This document shows, one piece after another, positions 37,350 through 51,541 of a stretch of DNA of 64,000 nucleotides; the stretch's first letter is position 1, and the number at the start of each line of letters is the position of its first letter. The notes under the pieces are model-generated. The model had not been told where the DNA came from, did no database searches, and worked only from the letters and a program-made list of their open reading frames with translations. Made by a program: the position numbers and the translations under genes. The DNA is from Trichosphaerium sp. ATCC 40318 (Eukaryota; Protista; Tubulinea). The stretch spans positions 310,001 through 374,000 of the forward strand of contig JALMLS010000268.1 of NCBI GenBank assembly GCA_038496445.1, given 5' to 3'.

Positions 37350-39400
37350 TCACATCCCCAGCGCACGCTTGCATATATCATCCTCGCGAAAAGCGAAAAG
37401 AAGCTCGGATATATCTAGGCCAATAGCAATAGATCGATAGTATCCCTGTTGCCATTGTTATTGGAGATGGTTTAAATGTTAATAGTGACTTACCTTGCTC
37501 GCTGCGCCTACATGCAGTATCTGTGTTGCGCCCAGTTGCGTGCAGATACGGCTTAATATAGATGCACACTTGACAGGAGGAACATTTACCTTGTTTGCTA
37601 ATGCTGTGTAGCAATCCACAACCTGTTTTGATATTAATCGCGTGATTTCGAAAGCTGCTAAATAATGTACTGACTGACCTTGCCGAACAATACCGACCCG
37701 TTTTGTGGATTTATGCGATGCTCACTTATCACAGCGCACACAAATAACCGGGAATGCAGAGTATCATTACAGAGAGACACGATAATTGGATTCTACAGTT
37801 GAAGTGAGGGAGTGACTGCGGCCGTGTAAATTTGTTTGTTTGTGTACCTCATAAATCTCATCGATAACACGTGTCACGTGCTCCACTTTAACGTGTGGTC
37901 TATTGTCCTGGTCTATACTATCCATATCATGCGCTATTATCGTAGCACGCCTTTTTTTTGGGTTAGTGAACAAAAGAGCAAAGGGATATGTGGCGAGGAA
38001 CCACAGCACGTACCGCATTATGTTTAGAACGCGCCTTGTGTCGCTTGTAACGCTCGCTACTTTCTTGGCCGCTACGCGTATAGCACTTGCGTCAAAGCAA
38101 GGCAAGTACTCTTCTATACGATTTTGTATGATCTGTATGAGCTGTGCACTGTTGTACGGTTTGAAATCTAACCGCAGAAGACCTAGAGAGCTTGCACATC
38201 AATTCCTAACATCCAGATGCTACCAGATAAGCGTACCCAATCTAGAATGAACCTTTGGCAACATTCGTTGTGGAAGATCTAGCGTGTTCGCAATGCCAAT
38301 CATAATCAACTTGGAGTCCTTCTCTTTTTCGCAGAGAAAGCAGTGGGTTAGCCATTTGTCAAACAGAGTTGTGATGGATGATAAAGTTTGCGTACTTCGA
38401 GGCCAGTCAAAAAAATTGTACAGAATTTCCTGCTTCTTTGTTACAAGCAAATCGATTTCATCCAGTAATAATATACTTTAGACGCATGGTTAGGATTGGC
38501 GTTCACAAAAAGCTCAATTACGCACCAAAACTTCTGCTGTGTGTTTGACCTGCTATACTTGCGATCGAGGTAATCCTTTGCTTTCGTTTGTGCAATGCGC
38601 TTGCCTGTCAGGCTGTTGCAAAATTTGGAGTAAATAGCCTTGGGTGAAGGAAGCTTCATGCAATTTATTTCAATGTACTCAAAAGGTATCTAAACAATCC
38701 CTCCTGAGTTAGTACATTGCCAATCGCCATAAAGACTATGAGGCAAGAAGCTAGCTAAAGTTGATGCCATACCTTGGACGTTTTTTTCAACTTTTCTATG
38801 ACAGATCTTGCTGTAATAGTTTTGCCAATACCTGGCACGCCTGCTATATCTGCAACGAAAAAAAAATCAGTTTTGTTGGGCAGAGAGCATCTCATAACGT
38901 ACATATGGCGGCGCCAAGTCCATCCCTCATGTGCGTCGATAACATATCGCGCAGTTTGCTCGCTTCGTCTTGCCTACAAGGCAGTTCCTACAACAGAACG
39001 AGGTTAACCAAATGATGATCTAGACACTGTGCTAGCTATACTTTAGGGAGTGACGACTGGTGCAACAGCTTTAATATCTTCTTGTAGTCGGTGTATGCAG
39101 CACTGCGTCGCCGAGTAGGACGCCCACTTTTAACCTCGGTGTTATCACGTGCGCTTTCAATAGTGTACGATAGGTCCATAGGATCTCCGGTGGAATGCCA
39201 TCCCAGTTCGTCGTTCTCATCATCGAAATACTGGACTAGAAGAAAACGTGTTTGTGTCAATCATTCAGTAACACCTTTTCGACCGTACCATCGCACTCTG
39301 AATCTGAAGAGGGACCGATTTCATCTTCACTGGTAGCGATTTCACAGCCAGAAGAAGATGAGCTGAAATAGGCATTTACAACACAGTCTTCATCCTCCAT
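37350..39400 (-). CDS. ORC1: Origin recognition complex subunit 1 (ORC1/CDC6 AAA+)
   Basis: [12 protein letters not shown] (Walker A), [44 protein letters not shown]; start codon uncertain (39400 or 39593). Confidence 0.85.
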
Positions 39401-39602
39401 AGCTGAATACGTAAGCAAAAACGCCACAATCAACCGAATAAGCAACTTCTGTTGTAGAATTAGTAGTGATAGTAATTTACCGACGTATGAGATCTAACAA
39501 CTGAAATTTAGACATACCCAACCTGTTGTAGCTGTTGGCGCGGTTTTTTGAAATATTTGTGTTTAAGTCACCTGTCAACAATTTCACTTCCATACAACAG
39601 TC

Positions 39603-41609
39603 ATGACGCTGCGAGGGTTTTGGGTTTTTGACGCAGCTGGCAACGACGTTATTTTCTCGCGGTACGTTAACCACCCACTCATCACAATTACATCAACAAA
39701 AATTCATTTTGGCCAGACGGTTTCCAACCGTAGAGAAGAGAGCGAAGGCACTATCTGGATGGAATTACTGCCAAATTCCAAATGACAAGGAGCTAAGCGC
39801 CCTCTTCAAGACTGAAATTAGCCCAGGACACCACCTGACGCCTATAATTTCGCTCCAAAGTGACAAATTATGGCCCGTTGTGTTTTTGCGTCGTGTACTG
39901 ACACTAAAGAATTACATACGCTCTCACGCTTACTAGAAATAGGCGAGCGTCTATTTGGTTGCCATACCGTTACCAGAAGGCTATTTACTCCCAACAGGAA
40001 GCGCAAGAATGAGAGAACTGCCACCCATCAACCTGTGAGGCGTTTATCGTTCTTACAATTGGACTAATACAGCGTAGACCATTTGTCAGTGCCACAATTA
40101 CGCTACTGGAGGACTTGTTTGCGTTTCTAGCACCCGCTGCACCAACCTTTGTACGCAACGAATTTCGTTTTGACAATTCCATCAATCGTCGTGTCTGGCC
40201 CTCATCGCTGTCACAGGATCCTTTGAAGTTAATCGAATTACAAAGTCACATCGCACGGATTATGCCAGTACGCCAAGGCTCCCATCAAATCCAAAGTCTC
40301 AATACAACTGACACATTGTGTTTTTCGAGTTTTTAGTTCGGCAAGCCCATTGACACGTCATACAACAACATTACCAGCATCACCAAACAGCTACAACACG
40401 TCAGATCTGATGATCTTAGCGTCAAGGTACGAACGCATCTGCAACTGGTTGGCCAGCTAACGACAAGCACAGCGACCTGCATGGAAACCGTACTTGCTAA
40501 AGGGCGGCAAACAGAAACTGGAGTTCAACATTATAGAGCAAATAAACGCGGTGCAATACGACAGCGACAAAATAAAAGACGTATTCATTGGCACAGGCGC
40601 TATAGTATGCAAGGTAAAGCCCAATTAAGAAAAAGTGATGAGATTTACATTAATTTCCTTTAGGCCGAAATTGAGGATATACCAGAGATTAATGTTATGC
40701 TTACTAAGAGTGAGACTGAGCTGGAAATAGAGGATATTGTCGTACACCAATGTGTAACAAATCAGGATTTCATCAAGACATCAAGACTCAGTTTCAATCC
40801 TCCTTCAAAGAGCTTCACGCTATGCAAGTACAAGATTTGTCGTGGTACATTGGCGCCCATTCGTGGTACGTCACATATTTACCGCAAACACAAGCTGTAC
40901 ATTCGCCACCACGCAAGACAGTAGTGCTCAAACGCGTGCTTACAGTGTGCTAGGCTACTACCAAATGAAAGAAATTTCAAAGGACGAGGTTAAGGTTCTT
41001 GTGCAACTCAAACTAATGGAAAACATCAACAACAATTTCGAAGTTTGCGAGTTGTACTTGCCTATTTTTAATCGTGGTGTGTTCACTAGCGTGGATCTCA
41101 AACCTTCTAGCGGCTCGGTACGTCAATACAACCACGCTTTGCGTTAAAGCCTATGATGAATAACAGTGTGGATGTACGTTACTAACTACTCTCCTAGATA
41201 ATCTCAGACAACGAAAAGAGTATTGTTGTTTGGAATATTGGTCAGCGATTTCCTAACATCAGGAACAGGGAAGTGCGTATGGGCGGTGTCATTAAATTTG
41301 ATAGCAAAAGAGCATCTAAGTCAAAAGATCCATATTGTCAGGGCAGAAACGCCTACGTGCAGGTACATTACATCCACGTCTTTTTTACCTATAAGTCACT
41401 CCTTCCCTTAGCTCCGGTTTAAAGTGGCTGATTTTGGGATAAGCGGATTGGACATTGTAACGAATAACATTAAAATATTCCCGAAACCATCCAACATTAA
41501 TTTGCAAGTCTCCAAATTTTTACTGGCAGGAGACTACATAATATGGAATTCTTTAGGCAAGGCTAGACACACTGTGCAACCAGAACAATTGGGTATTGAA
41601 ACTACATAG
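39603..41609 (+). CDS. AP5M1: AP-5 complex subunit mu
   Basis: VIFSRRFPTVEKR, LWPVV, MPFGKPIDT, PAWKP, GYYQMKE, DYIIWNSLG. Confidence 0.88.
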
Positions 41610-41639
41610 ATCTCTAGCGCCAAAAAAATCACGTGTAAT

Positions 41640-44600
41640 TCACGTTTTATGTACAAAAGAAATAATAAGTTTGGTTCGTTTACTCAGCGTTGGCCTTAAA
41701 TCTACCTCTTGCGTAATATGTGTAATCAAAGTCACGTGTTTTACAAGGTAGTACACAAAACCAAAGTCAGGTTTATTCTCCTTTAGTAGCTGCAATAGCT
41801 GCTGAAACTGCCCGCAATTAAAGCATCGCAGCGTACATAACACTGGCTGAAAATGACAGCTCAGCGCTTCACAATTCTGGGTGAGCCAAAGCCCAGATAG
41901 CGAATTGTCACTGTACAGCAATCACACGAAAAACGTGTGGCGTGTCGCGATTGGTATTGGCAATGTTTTATAATACAACGTTTTACCGGATTAGTTGGTG
42001 GTTAAAACCAATACGTGTTGTCAATGCGGATCAAATACCTGAACAGAAGCAGAGTATTTGTCCAACAACGCAAAGTTGACTTGTGACGATACAGCCGTCA
42101 ATGTTATCCGGGCAAGCTTTGGGCAGTGCTCCAACAAAGGGATCAAATACGTTGTGTCACATTTTATGTTACCAGAGACATCCAATACTCTACAAAATGA
42201 AGGTTTGCGTTAGAAAGAGGGAAATAGCTCAATGAACATAGTTTAACTACGACATACCTGAGGTTGCTGGAGTTAGGCGAGGAGGCTAAAAGTTGCATTG
42301 TCTTGTTCGTTATCCCTGGTACATCGTGCATACCAAGCACTTGAAGATTTGCGTTGTACTTGAGCAATGATGCGATGTCATCGTCGTCGATGGTTACATT
42401 GGCAGACAGCTTTAATACCCGAAGCTTCTTGCAACATGTCGCTATTTTTTTTACATACAACGCTCGTCTAGACTTCCTTGGAACAACCACATTTCCTGAG
42501 AAGGCGTAAGTTGTGGCTGGTACAGCACAGATGGATCAACAAAAAAAAAAGGTGTGTACGCGTTACCTTTTGCTGTGACATCCCTTTTAGCGTGCATGTG
42601 CGACAGATTTAGATTTTCTAGCGCTGTGCATTTTTCAACAATAGAGCCTATCGTCCCGCCTACCATAATCGAAAAATGAGTGCCACAAACCACGATGTAT
42701 AGAATTGTATTGAAATTTATATCTACTAACCTTGAATGCGTGAGCAATACGACAAGTCCAGACTGGTGAGATGACGACTCAAGGTGGAGATGCAATCCAA
42801 TACTTGATCAGTCAGTTTGCATTTGGATACATTTAGCTCCTGGACTGAAGGACACCACTCTGTAATGCGCTATAAGTTAGATTGCATGATTGGTGCGAAG
42901 AAGTATGCGGGTGCAACGTACTCAGTATGAGTTTCAAAGAAGTGTCTGTCAATGGTGTTTCACTCATGTTGAGTTTAACAATGTGCTTCTTTTCTTTTAA
43001 CGCTCCAAAGACGGATTTTATAAAGTTTGGCTTCCAAGCGGGCCACCCTTCGACACTCAACGATCGCAAATCGTGACATTGAAATAAAATCTAAAGCACA
43101 GGGGTGAGCAGTTGGTACTCCATTGTCGTTGTCTTGATAAGAAAACAAAACGTACAAGCTTCAACAATGTTGTAAATTCTCGCGAAGATCGCGACAGGTT
43201 GATAGACGATAGCTTGGTGCATTTGAGGACGCCTAAATGGAATTTGATAAATTCTTTAATTTTAATTTGAAATAATCATTGGTATAGCGTACCTTGCTTG
43301 ATGGGACTCGCACTCGCATCATAGCACCTTGCTAGGTTAAGACAAGTAAGACGCGTGTTCGTATTCAACATCCTTAGAATGTTAGGGACTTTTAAACATT
43401 GCGTCAAGCGTAAGGTGCTCAAATGCCAACATAGCGGCAGTGATATCGTATCCATATCAGCCAAGAATAAATACTTGACGTCAGGGCATGATTTCGCAAT
43501 ACTTACGAGGTGATCGGCTACAAGCGAAGACGCGTTAATAGATCTTTACTAATTTTCGATTAATTGTGTACTGTTCAAAAAACTGGCAGGTGCCATTTCT
43601 AATCTCCGTAGTTTGCTGCATAACTTGATGCCATCCAAGGTATCTGACATGAAATGTCTCTGAAGGTTAAATCTAAGATCTTGTAACGTTTGGCTGTGCT
43701 TAGCGAGGACTACAGTTAATCCATTCCCCAAACTCTGCTCTATACACCAACAACAACAAGTCAATATAAACCAAGTTAATGGCAACCTAAACAAACGTAC
43801 CAGCGTTGGTTGTGGGATAGGTGACGTTATTCAGACAAATATCTCTAGAGGATCACAATTTCAGTTAAAACAAAAAATCGAACCTTTTAGCGCACCTAAT
43901 ATCTAGCGTAACCAATCCACGCAGTTTGGCAAGGTGCAGAATGCCATCTTGATTAATTTTTCTGCATTTTGCCAAATACAGGTGCGTCAACGTCGACTGA
44001 TGCGTTGTTAGCGCCAATAAACTATCGTTTGTCAATTGTTTGCACTCCTAGAGAACAAATTGTTAACGACAGCGTTCTGATCGCCAAAAAAAAAAAAACA
44101 GAAAAGTCTGCCGCCGTACAGAAACGTCCAGATGATCTAAATGGGGCGCAGAACGCGCTAAAAACGATATCGTTTTATCTGATATGCTAGTCTCCTTTGC
44201 TATGAATGTTCTAGTAGGGTTGTGAGGTCTCGCCAAGCCGTTTTTGTGAAAAAATGTACCGTAAATTCCGGACTGTTACGCGTTCTAGCAAATTGTGTCG
44301 CGCTGCTTTGCAACCACTGACATTCAAGTGTCGTATGTTGCGCATGGTCGTCAAGACCCTGAGGCAATTGGTTTGAGTTTAGTTTGCCGGTTATGCAACC
44401 CAACGCTTACCTAGCACCACACAAATACGCTGCAGACGAGAAATCAAGTCTAGGAAGCATGGAAAACGACTTGATTACCATGGTGCGCCAATCTTGGCAC
44501 ACATACGTTGCAGTCAGGAGCTGCTCGGGTGACATCTCTGCAAGCAAGGAGAATATATGCATGACGAGCTCTTCAGGTAATGTCATTGTTTGCGGCCGGA

Positions 44601-45070
44601 CCGTTCTACGTTTCTTTGTTGGTGTATCGCTTGTGTTTGCCGACGGGCTGGGTTTCCTCTTTTTTGACACTGACGTCCGCCTCATCCTTTGGTAAAGGGT
44701 TAGGCGCAACACTATAATTGGCCATTTGGTTGAACCAACAGCAAAAAACCTAGAATTCAAGGGCTGACAGTGGAAGACTTGTTGCCCAAGAAACCGTATT
44801 TTTGCAATCTGGCCTCTCAAAATGGCACACAAAGCAGATATAGTCACGCCACCAAATTTGCTGTGGTACTTATTGATGGCATAGAGCATGCGGTACAGGC
44901 CTTTTAGCGCTTAGCTTGCCGATCTTGGCTACGTACCTTCCAAGGTGTTTAAATCCAAATGTATTACTTGGGGTGGATAATAATCGAATGTTGTTGTTTG
45001 TTTTGGTACGTTTGGGGCGATTACGCTTCCGTTGTATTTTCACACTCGCTGCTTCACAAAATCGCCTCAT
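41640..45070 (-). CDS. F-box/LRR-repeat protein
   Basis: TLPEELVMHIFSLL..VCQDWR followed by many AMN1-type LRRs; both ends approximate. Confidence 0.78.
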
Positions 45071-45208
45071 AGGTAGCCATGAGGGAATGGCGATCAACTA
45101 TTAAGTTTTTATCAGCAATGCTGGAATTTGTTCGTTACTTTTATTGGACTTAACCGCTACTTTAAAATCGGGTAAAAAAAAATCTGTAGCAGACTACAAA
45201 CGGCTCTC

Positions 45209-45771
45209 ATGGCAACACTAGACTACTACAAAGTACTAGGGGTGCCAAAAACAGCAACGTTGGCAGAAATTAGAGATAAATACAGGGCATTACTTCTATT
45301 GGTACGATTGATCACAAAATATCCAATTCAATGTCGCTAGAGTCATCCAGACAAAAGAAGAGAAAATAGCGACGTTGTTGATATTACAGTATTAACGAAG
45401 GCGTGGACGACGTTAAAAAGTAAAGAAATGCGCGCTTTACACGACGAGAGGCTAAAAGGCAGCCATATTAAATTATTTGTTTACACTTTTTAACAAATAA
45501 TGTAGAAAGCGAGTACACTGACTATTGCGCAGTGTCTGAAGAAGTAGATTTGGATGACATGGAGTTTGATGAAGACACAAATACATACTTTTGGCATTGC
45601 AGGTAATGCGCAAGAACTCGCTCGAGGCAGCACAGTGTAATGTGTTATAGGTGCGGCGAGCTATTCATTATAACAGAAGCGCAACTGGAACAATCTGTAT
45701 CTGTGGTTGGGTGTAACGGCTGTTCACAAAGCATACGCGTCCTGTACCAGCTTGCCAGCGATGATGAGTGA
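45209..45771 (+). CDS. DPH4: Diphthamide biosynthesis protein 4 (DnaJ + CSL zinc finger)
   Basis: DYYKVLGV..HPDK J-domain; EVDLDDM..CRCG..GCNGCSQSIRV. Confidence 0.9.
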
Positions 45772-45873
45772 ACTAGCAGGCCAATGCAGGATCTTTTATT
45801 TACAGGCATGTGTACTGGAGGTGACGCCCACCAGACCCAACTACAGCGGTGCTTGGTGATTGTACGTTGTTGT

Positions 45874-47569
45874 CTAAGACAAAGACAAACGAGCCATCAA
45901 TGGAATATGGTCAGATGGGAAATCAGGACTAGGTAGTGCAATGTGCCTTTTGGGTGTAAAATGTTAGGGTAATACACCAAGCTTATTACGTACTTGTCAT
46001 ATGGCGCTTCTGGGTGCAGCTTGAGTACGGCGCTTGTTTTAATATTTTCGCTCGTCCATATGTAATCTAGCGTCGCCACAAAGTCCTCTACAAAACGGAT
46101 AACGTTCAGCCAATAGATAATTCTACGATACAAAAATCCGAAAAAATAAAGAAATAATGTCATTTCTTAATCACGCACTCGTGTAATTAGTGAATTCTGG
46201 CTCGCCCACTACAGCGTGTTAGAGTATGATTTTATGTCATGCAAATGCCCTGTAAAGCGTACCGGTAGAACCATAAGTGCTCTTCAAATTTAGCTTGCTT
46301 TGGAGGTCTTTCTACATTTATCTTTAGTTGTCTCTCAACATTGACAGGAAATTTAATAAAAAAGTGTGCACCGTAGTTGTGTGTATGCCATCGAAGGTGA
46401 GGTCTTTGTGATTAGAAGGTGCAACTTGTCCATCCATGATGAGGTAAGTTGCTGAAGATGGCTGGCTATTAAAGTCACCACAAATGACAACATGCTCCGC
46501 ATTGTGCTTTTTCATCAAACTGTGAACTATATCTGTCATAATTTTAGCTTGCCAGGCCTTAATTGCCCTGTGTCTCGGGCTCCAAGCGAGATGCGTATTT
46601 ACAATTACTACACGTGAATCCGTCCCTAGCGCTTGCATAAGGGACATTGATTTAACAGCGAAACAGAATCGCACCCACCTTTGATAGAGAGCAATGCAAA
46701 ATGCGCCAAGTCGTGCCTGTGGTTAAAGGATTTGCGAAATCTAGGATTGCCCACAATGTATCCACCACGCACAAACGCTTCATTAAAAGGTATAGTGTAC
46801 TGGTCTTTGCGTTAGCGCATCGTAAAAAGTTATGTCATAAAAATGGGGTATTTACTTGTTCAACCATCTCAAACCTACACGAAACGTCGGTTACAACCAA
46901 AAAAAAGACTACATCATTGTCAGTGATTGTAGTTAACGCACTTTTCCTTTGACCAAAACATGGCACAACCGAAGGCAGTATCTGTTTCAGAAACACCTTT
47001 TACGTGTTTACCAAATCTACCTTTGCCAACTTGCACTGAATCGTACGTGTCCAAAATTCTTACATAATCGTTGTTGTATGCTGAATTCTCCACCTCCTAT
47101 TCAGCTAATATTCAGTTGTTTGCTAAAAAATACGTTTGCGCATGGCGATATTGTGACACCCACAGAAGGGTGTTAAAAAAGACAAGCTGATTTTTGGTCC
47201 ACAATGACAAACATGTCACTAACACCTTACACAAACAGATCAATTGGCGAGGTTTACCTGCAAACACAGTATGTCTGGCTTGAGTGCTTTGAATTCTTGC
47301 TCAATGAGGTTCAATCTAAACGGCCACTCTTTGGCATGTTTAGGAGTGTATGGAAAATCGCTTAGGGTTTGCGCAAGAACGTTGTAGCTCATCACCTTAA
47401 ATGAGTTGTCTGGTACTGGATCCTATCGAGTTTTTAGTACATTTTACAACAATATCCGGCACAACGACCTTACACACTTCCACGAACTCATATTTATGGT
47501 CTTTTACGCGTCAGCACAATAGGGGGTCAATATACGTGCCAACTTTGGTACAGTAGCTTTTATTAGCAT
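45874..47569 (-). CDS. CCR4/angel/nocturnin-family EEP deadenylase-like protein
   Basis: VMSYNVLAQ, DILCLQE, NTHLAW, ICGDFNS, TLDYIW, PSDHIPL. Confidence 0.88.
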
Positions 47570-47717
47570 GTTTTCTCCTAACGGTGGCTCCACGAAGAAC
47601 GCGTGCGCCAGAGAGCAGCATTGGGGCGTGTTTGACTAGTTTTGAAAGCTGCATTATATATTGCGTATATTTTTTGTCAGTTTTACCAACTACCTTGCAC
47701 CAGTAGTACTCGTAGCG

Positions 47718-49705
47718 ATGGAAAAAGAAGCAGACTTCCCGTCAAGCCCAAAGGGAAAAGCCAGTGGCGAAGCCAGAGCTCCTCCAATTAAAAAAAAGCG
47801 CAGCAGCAAGCGGTTTTCATTCAGGTACGCTTTGCAAAGCCGAGTTTGGAATAAGAGGTCAATTACGTCTTAAACTGGATGTTAGTTCAAAACGTAGATC
47901 ATCTACGAGTTACAAAGGCAAAACAGGCATGGAATGGAGTCCTCCTGTGCGTAATAGCAAAGCGAAGAAGCTAGACGACAACTACATTTATCGTGGTGTG
48001 GCGTTGTACCCATTCCAACCAGGTATACGCGATTTTTTGTGTAATATTACGTATATATTTTCGTGACAAGTTATAGAACGCGTTGATTCTATTTTCTGCC
48101 ATTATGCGTCACATAACAATTAAACCTTTTTAAGCATCACATACGTTATACTAACTTGTGTACTGGAAAGAATCTGGATCTCAACACCAGCTTGTGCTTA
48201 AAAAAGGGCAACGCGTGTGGGTATTGAAACGAGGCTTGAATTGCAACGGTTGGGCGAAATGTGAATCAAAGGACGTGAAAGGATGGGTTCCCGAAACCTA
48301 CCTAAAGATGCGTACGAACTCTAAAAAGAAAAAGAAAAAAGGAGTTGACGACCAAGACGACGATATAGAACTACCAAGTGGCGCTCCGCCAATGCCCAAC
48401 ACAAAGTTTTTCAGGCACACATTTTCAGTAAAAGACACACAAAACCCAGAGGGAGACTTTAATTTTGTTGGCGAAGCGGCAGCAGATGGTAGCCAAGGAG
48501 CCAGACTTTCCAGCAGATCAAGGAGGAGTTCGATGTTTAGAAGCTCTAGATCTAAGAACTCAAAAAGTAGAACACCAAGAACGCCAAGGTCGAAAAAGAG
48601 TGCGAATAAGGACAGCCCAAGAAAGCAAGGATTGACCGTTGATAACTTCCTCGAAGAAGAAACAGTAGCGGCCTCACAAGCACCAATCTCTGACACGTCA
48701 ATCCAAGTTAGTGCTTCAGTTGCAGTGACCACGCCATCTTCGAACGAACAGGATAGTGAGGTTGTTTCAGCACGCAAAGCCAAGGAGACACCACGTCTGG
48801 CATTTGGAGGGCAACAAGGTGTTTACTACCCAAAGGTGTCAACAACCGCCATTAAGCTTCAAGTTAATGACGATGATCAAAACACATCACAACAATTTCA
48901 GCCAGTTTATCCGGATATGGATGAGCCAATCGTACGTGTTGCACAACTTTCTTTTTCTTTTTCTTTTTCTTTTTTTTTTTTTTCTGCAATTTCTTCGTTG
49001 AAGACGGCTATAGCTTGACTCAGATGTTATGCTCATACTGTTTTTGTAGCATATGCCACCTCCAGTTGCTGCAACAGCATCGTATAATGCGGAAATGTCC
49101 ATAGACGCGGAGCTCGATCTAGATATGGACAATATCAATATGGACGAATTGATGGATGGTTTAACCGGCGCGGATTTAGAGGATTTAGAGTTAACGCTGG
49201 CTGATGTCGATATCGATATTGCACAACTTGACACCAAGTCAAGCATGATGCTAAACGCGGATGCAATTGTGTCTGCACGATCGCACCCACAACAAGCTTT
49301 AGGTTCGGCACCTGCAGACCAAGCATACGAACCAAACGAATTGGTAAGTTAACTTTGCAATAAGTACGGTAATTGACATTGTTCGAAGGAACTTTTGGGA
49401 CAATCTTCGTTCCATCAACAAAGTTTCAAAGCACTCAACTCAATGGTTCAAGACTGTGAAAAAGTAAATCAAGAGTTAGCAGAGCTTAGCAATATGCCAG
49501 AGGATGCAGATATCGGTGCGTAAACAAGAGCTGCACACTATCATCACATTCAACAATTTAGCCGCTAACACCAGTATACATAGATGGCAATGCTCATGTC
49601 TCTGTGAATGCCAGTGTATCAGTTACTATGGGTGAAACAGAATCAGGGAGTGAACCTAACAACGCACTGAAAGCGTTAATGGCTGACATGGGTGTCAACA
49701 TGTAA
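47718..49705 (+). CDS. SH3-domain protein with long low-complexity tail
   Basis: GVALYPFQP..QLVLKKGQRVWV..GWAKC..KGWVPETYL. Confidence 0.8.
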
Positions 49706-49947
49706 AAAACCATTTTATTGAAAAAGTAGTGCTCGAGATTGGATCCGGGTACACACAATACATACAATGTATAACACGTTCAAAACCTTCACAAAAAGTG
49801 AGGTAAAGGCAATGCGAGTTCTTGTACTCCGTGCTTATGAGCACGCACAACAAGTACAGATCATTGTTACTTAAACGTAACAGCAGTAGTTCAAATCATG
49901 AGTTTGTAGTACTCAAATATATGTTACGAATAAAACCTAATTTATTA

Positions 49948-51227
49948 CTATAGTTCTACATTGTTTGGGACTTTTTGTGGCGCGATAGCCTGTGTTGTGG
50001 GCTTAGGTATCGTATATTCATACAACACTGTCCCTTCGCTGTTTATAAACCGCGTTTCCATGTTGGTTGGGGATAGTTGTACTTCAAGGAAGCCACCAGC
50101 GATATCTAGAAAACAAATGTAAACTCTGGTACATTTACACTTGTGAGCACCTGTGCTAAAATACTTGAGGCTACCTACGGGGACAGCGTCATCGTGTTTT
50201 CGATGATTGTGGGCATGGGCTCCACAACCTACGGAGAAAATAAAGAGGTTGCTTTGTTAGCTGCACCTTACCGCTCACAAAGTAACTCATTGACCCATCT
50301 AAAAAGTGTTGTAGGGCATGCTCGTGTCCTGCCAGGTACGCAGCTACGCCATACTGTTCTAGAAGAGGGCTAAAGCGATGCTGCAAAGCTGGTGTTGGCC
50401 CGTGGTATGCAACTGATCTGTTGGTGCGGGATGATAAGTGGGTAGGTTGGACTAGACAGACTGCTTCAAAACGTACAAAATCGGGTGATGTCCAACAACG
50501 ATCTTCCATGAAGCATTTGACATCTTCAACTCATTTTCAAGCCAATCAAGCTGTTCCTTGGCTTGCCATCCACCATGAACAATTACTAGTTTGGTGTTAC
50601 CAGAATGAGCAGCCCCAAAAAGAGAGTTGTGCCTGTTGTATCAGTGTGGAATATCTGTAATGTTTGATTGCTGTTCGGTATGTTATGCGACGTCGTGTAC
50701 CACATCGACTCAAAGTGCCAACGGTCTGACCTGTCCGAATATGCTATTTGAGCGCTTACGTTGGACATGTGGTCGTGGTTGCCGGCTATTTGGAACCATC
50801 TGATCCAAAAAGTTAGGAATTGATACCATTCTACGAAAACTGCGTCTTACGTCATTGGACTAGCGTATACATCCTCAAAAGTCTTCTTAAATTGTATGTC
50901 GTCCACAGAAGATACGCCTGACCTTAGTTCAAAGTGAGTGTCCTGTAAATAAAACGTGTAGAATTGTACAACGTGCCAATAAAAATTGTCTCCCAAACCC
51001 ACAACAAAAGACAGGTTTCTGTCGCTGTACATACTATCCAATTGGTTTGCGACATTGATCTGTAAATCTGTGGTATACGGAGAGCCATAGTGTCCTGATG
51101 AGCACTTAGCTGCTTTTGAGCTAATAAGCGTACCTCCCCAGTCTCCTATTGCTACAAATCGCAACTGACAGGTGCAAACCGATACTAATAGAGCGACTGC
51201 TAATGCCACTGTACGCACATGCATCAT
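49948..51227 (-). CDS. Secreted purple (tartrate-resistant, ACP5-like) acid phosphatase
   Basis: Signal peptide; GDWGG, GDNFY, GNHDH, GHEH metal-binding motifs. Confidence 0.9.
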
Positions 51228-51541
51228 CTTGCTATTTAAATAACAAAATGTAGATGCCACGTCACTCAAGCGTGGCTTATGTTCAAAAATGAAGAATATT
51301 GTCCGAACAGGGGAGTAGTGCCTTATTTAGTGCTACTACAAACTAGGTAGTGAATGATGCGTCGTTAAAAACTGTGATTCAGAACACTTGTGATATACGA
51401 CTGCTGTTTATTTATTGTATGTACGGAGTAGTAGCCGTATGAGCGCAGGCACAATTTGAAAAAAAATTAAAGAGGGTTGCACCTAAGACCCTTTGTTTTT
51501 GACATGTCTTGTAATGGGGGCGTTATAATTTTTGTTTGTAT

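Noticed and set aside
39593-39603. ORC1 and AP5M1 start codons only 9 bp apart
   Set aside because: The ATG at 39400 is a more plausible ORC1 start; cannot be settled without transcript data.
48298-48783. Long antisense ORFs (also 4485-4994, 16674-17100)
   Set aside because: Shadows of real exons on the opposite strand.
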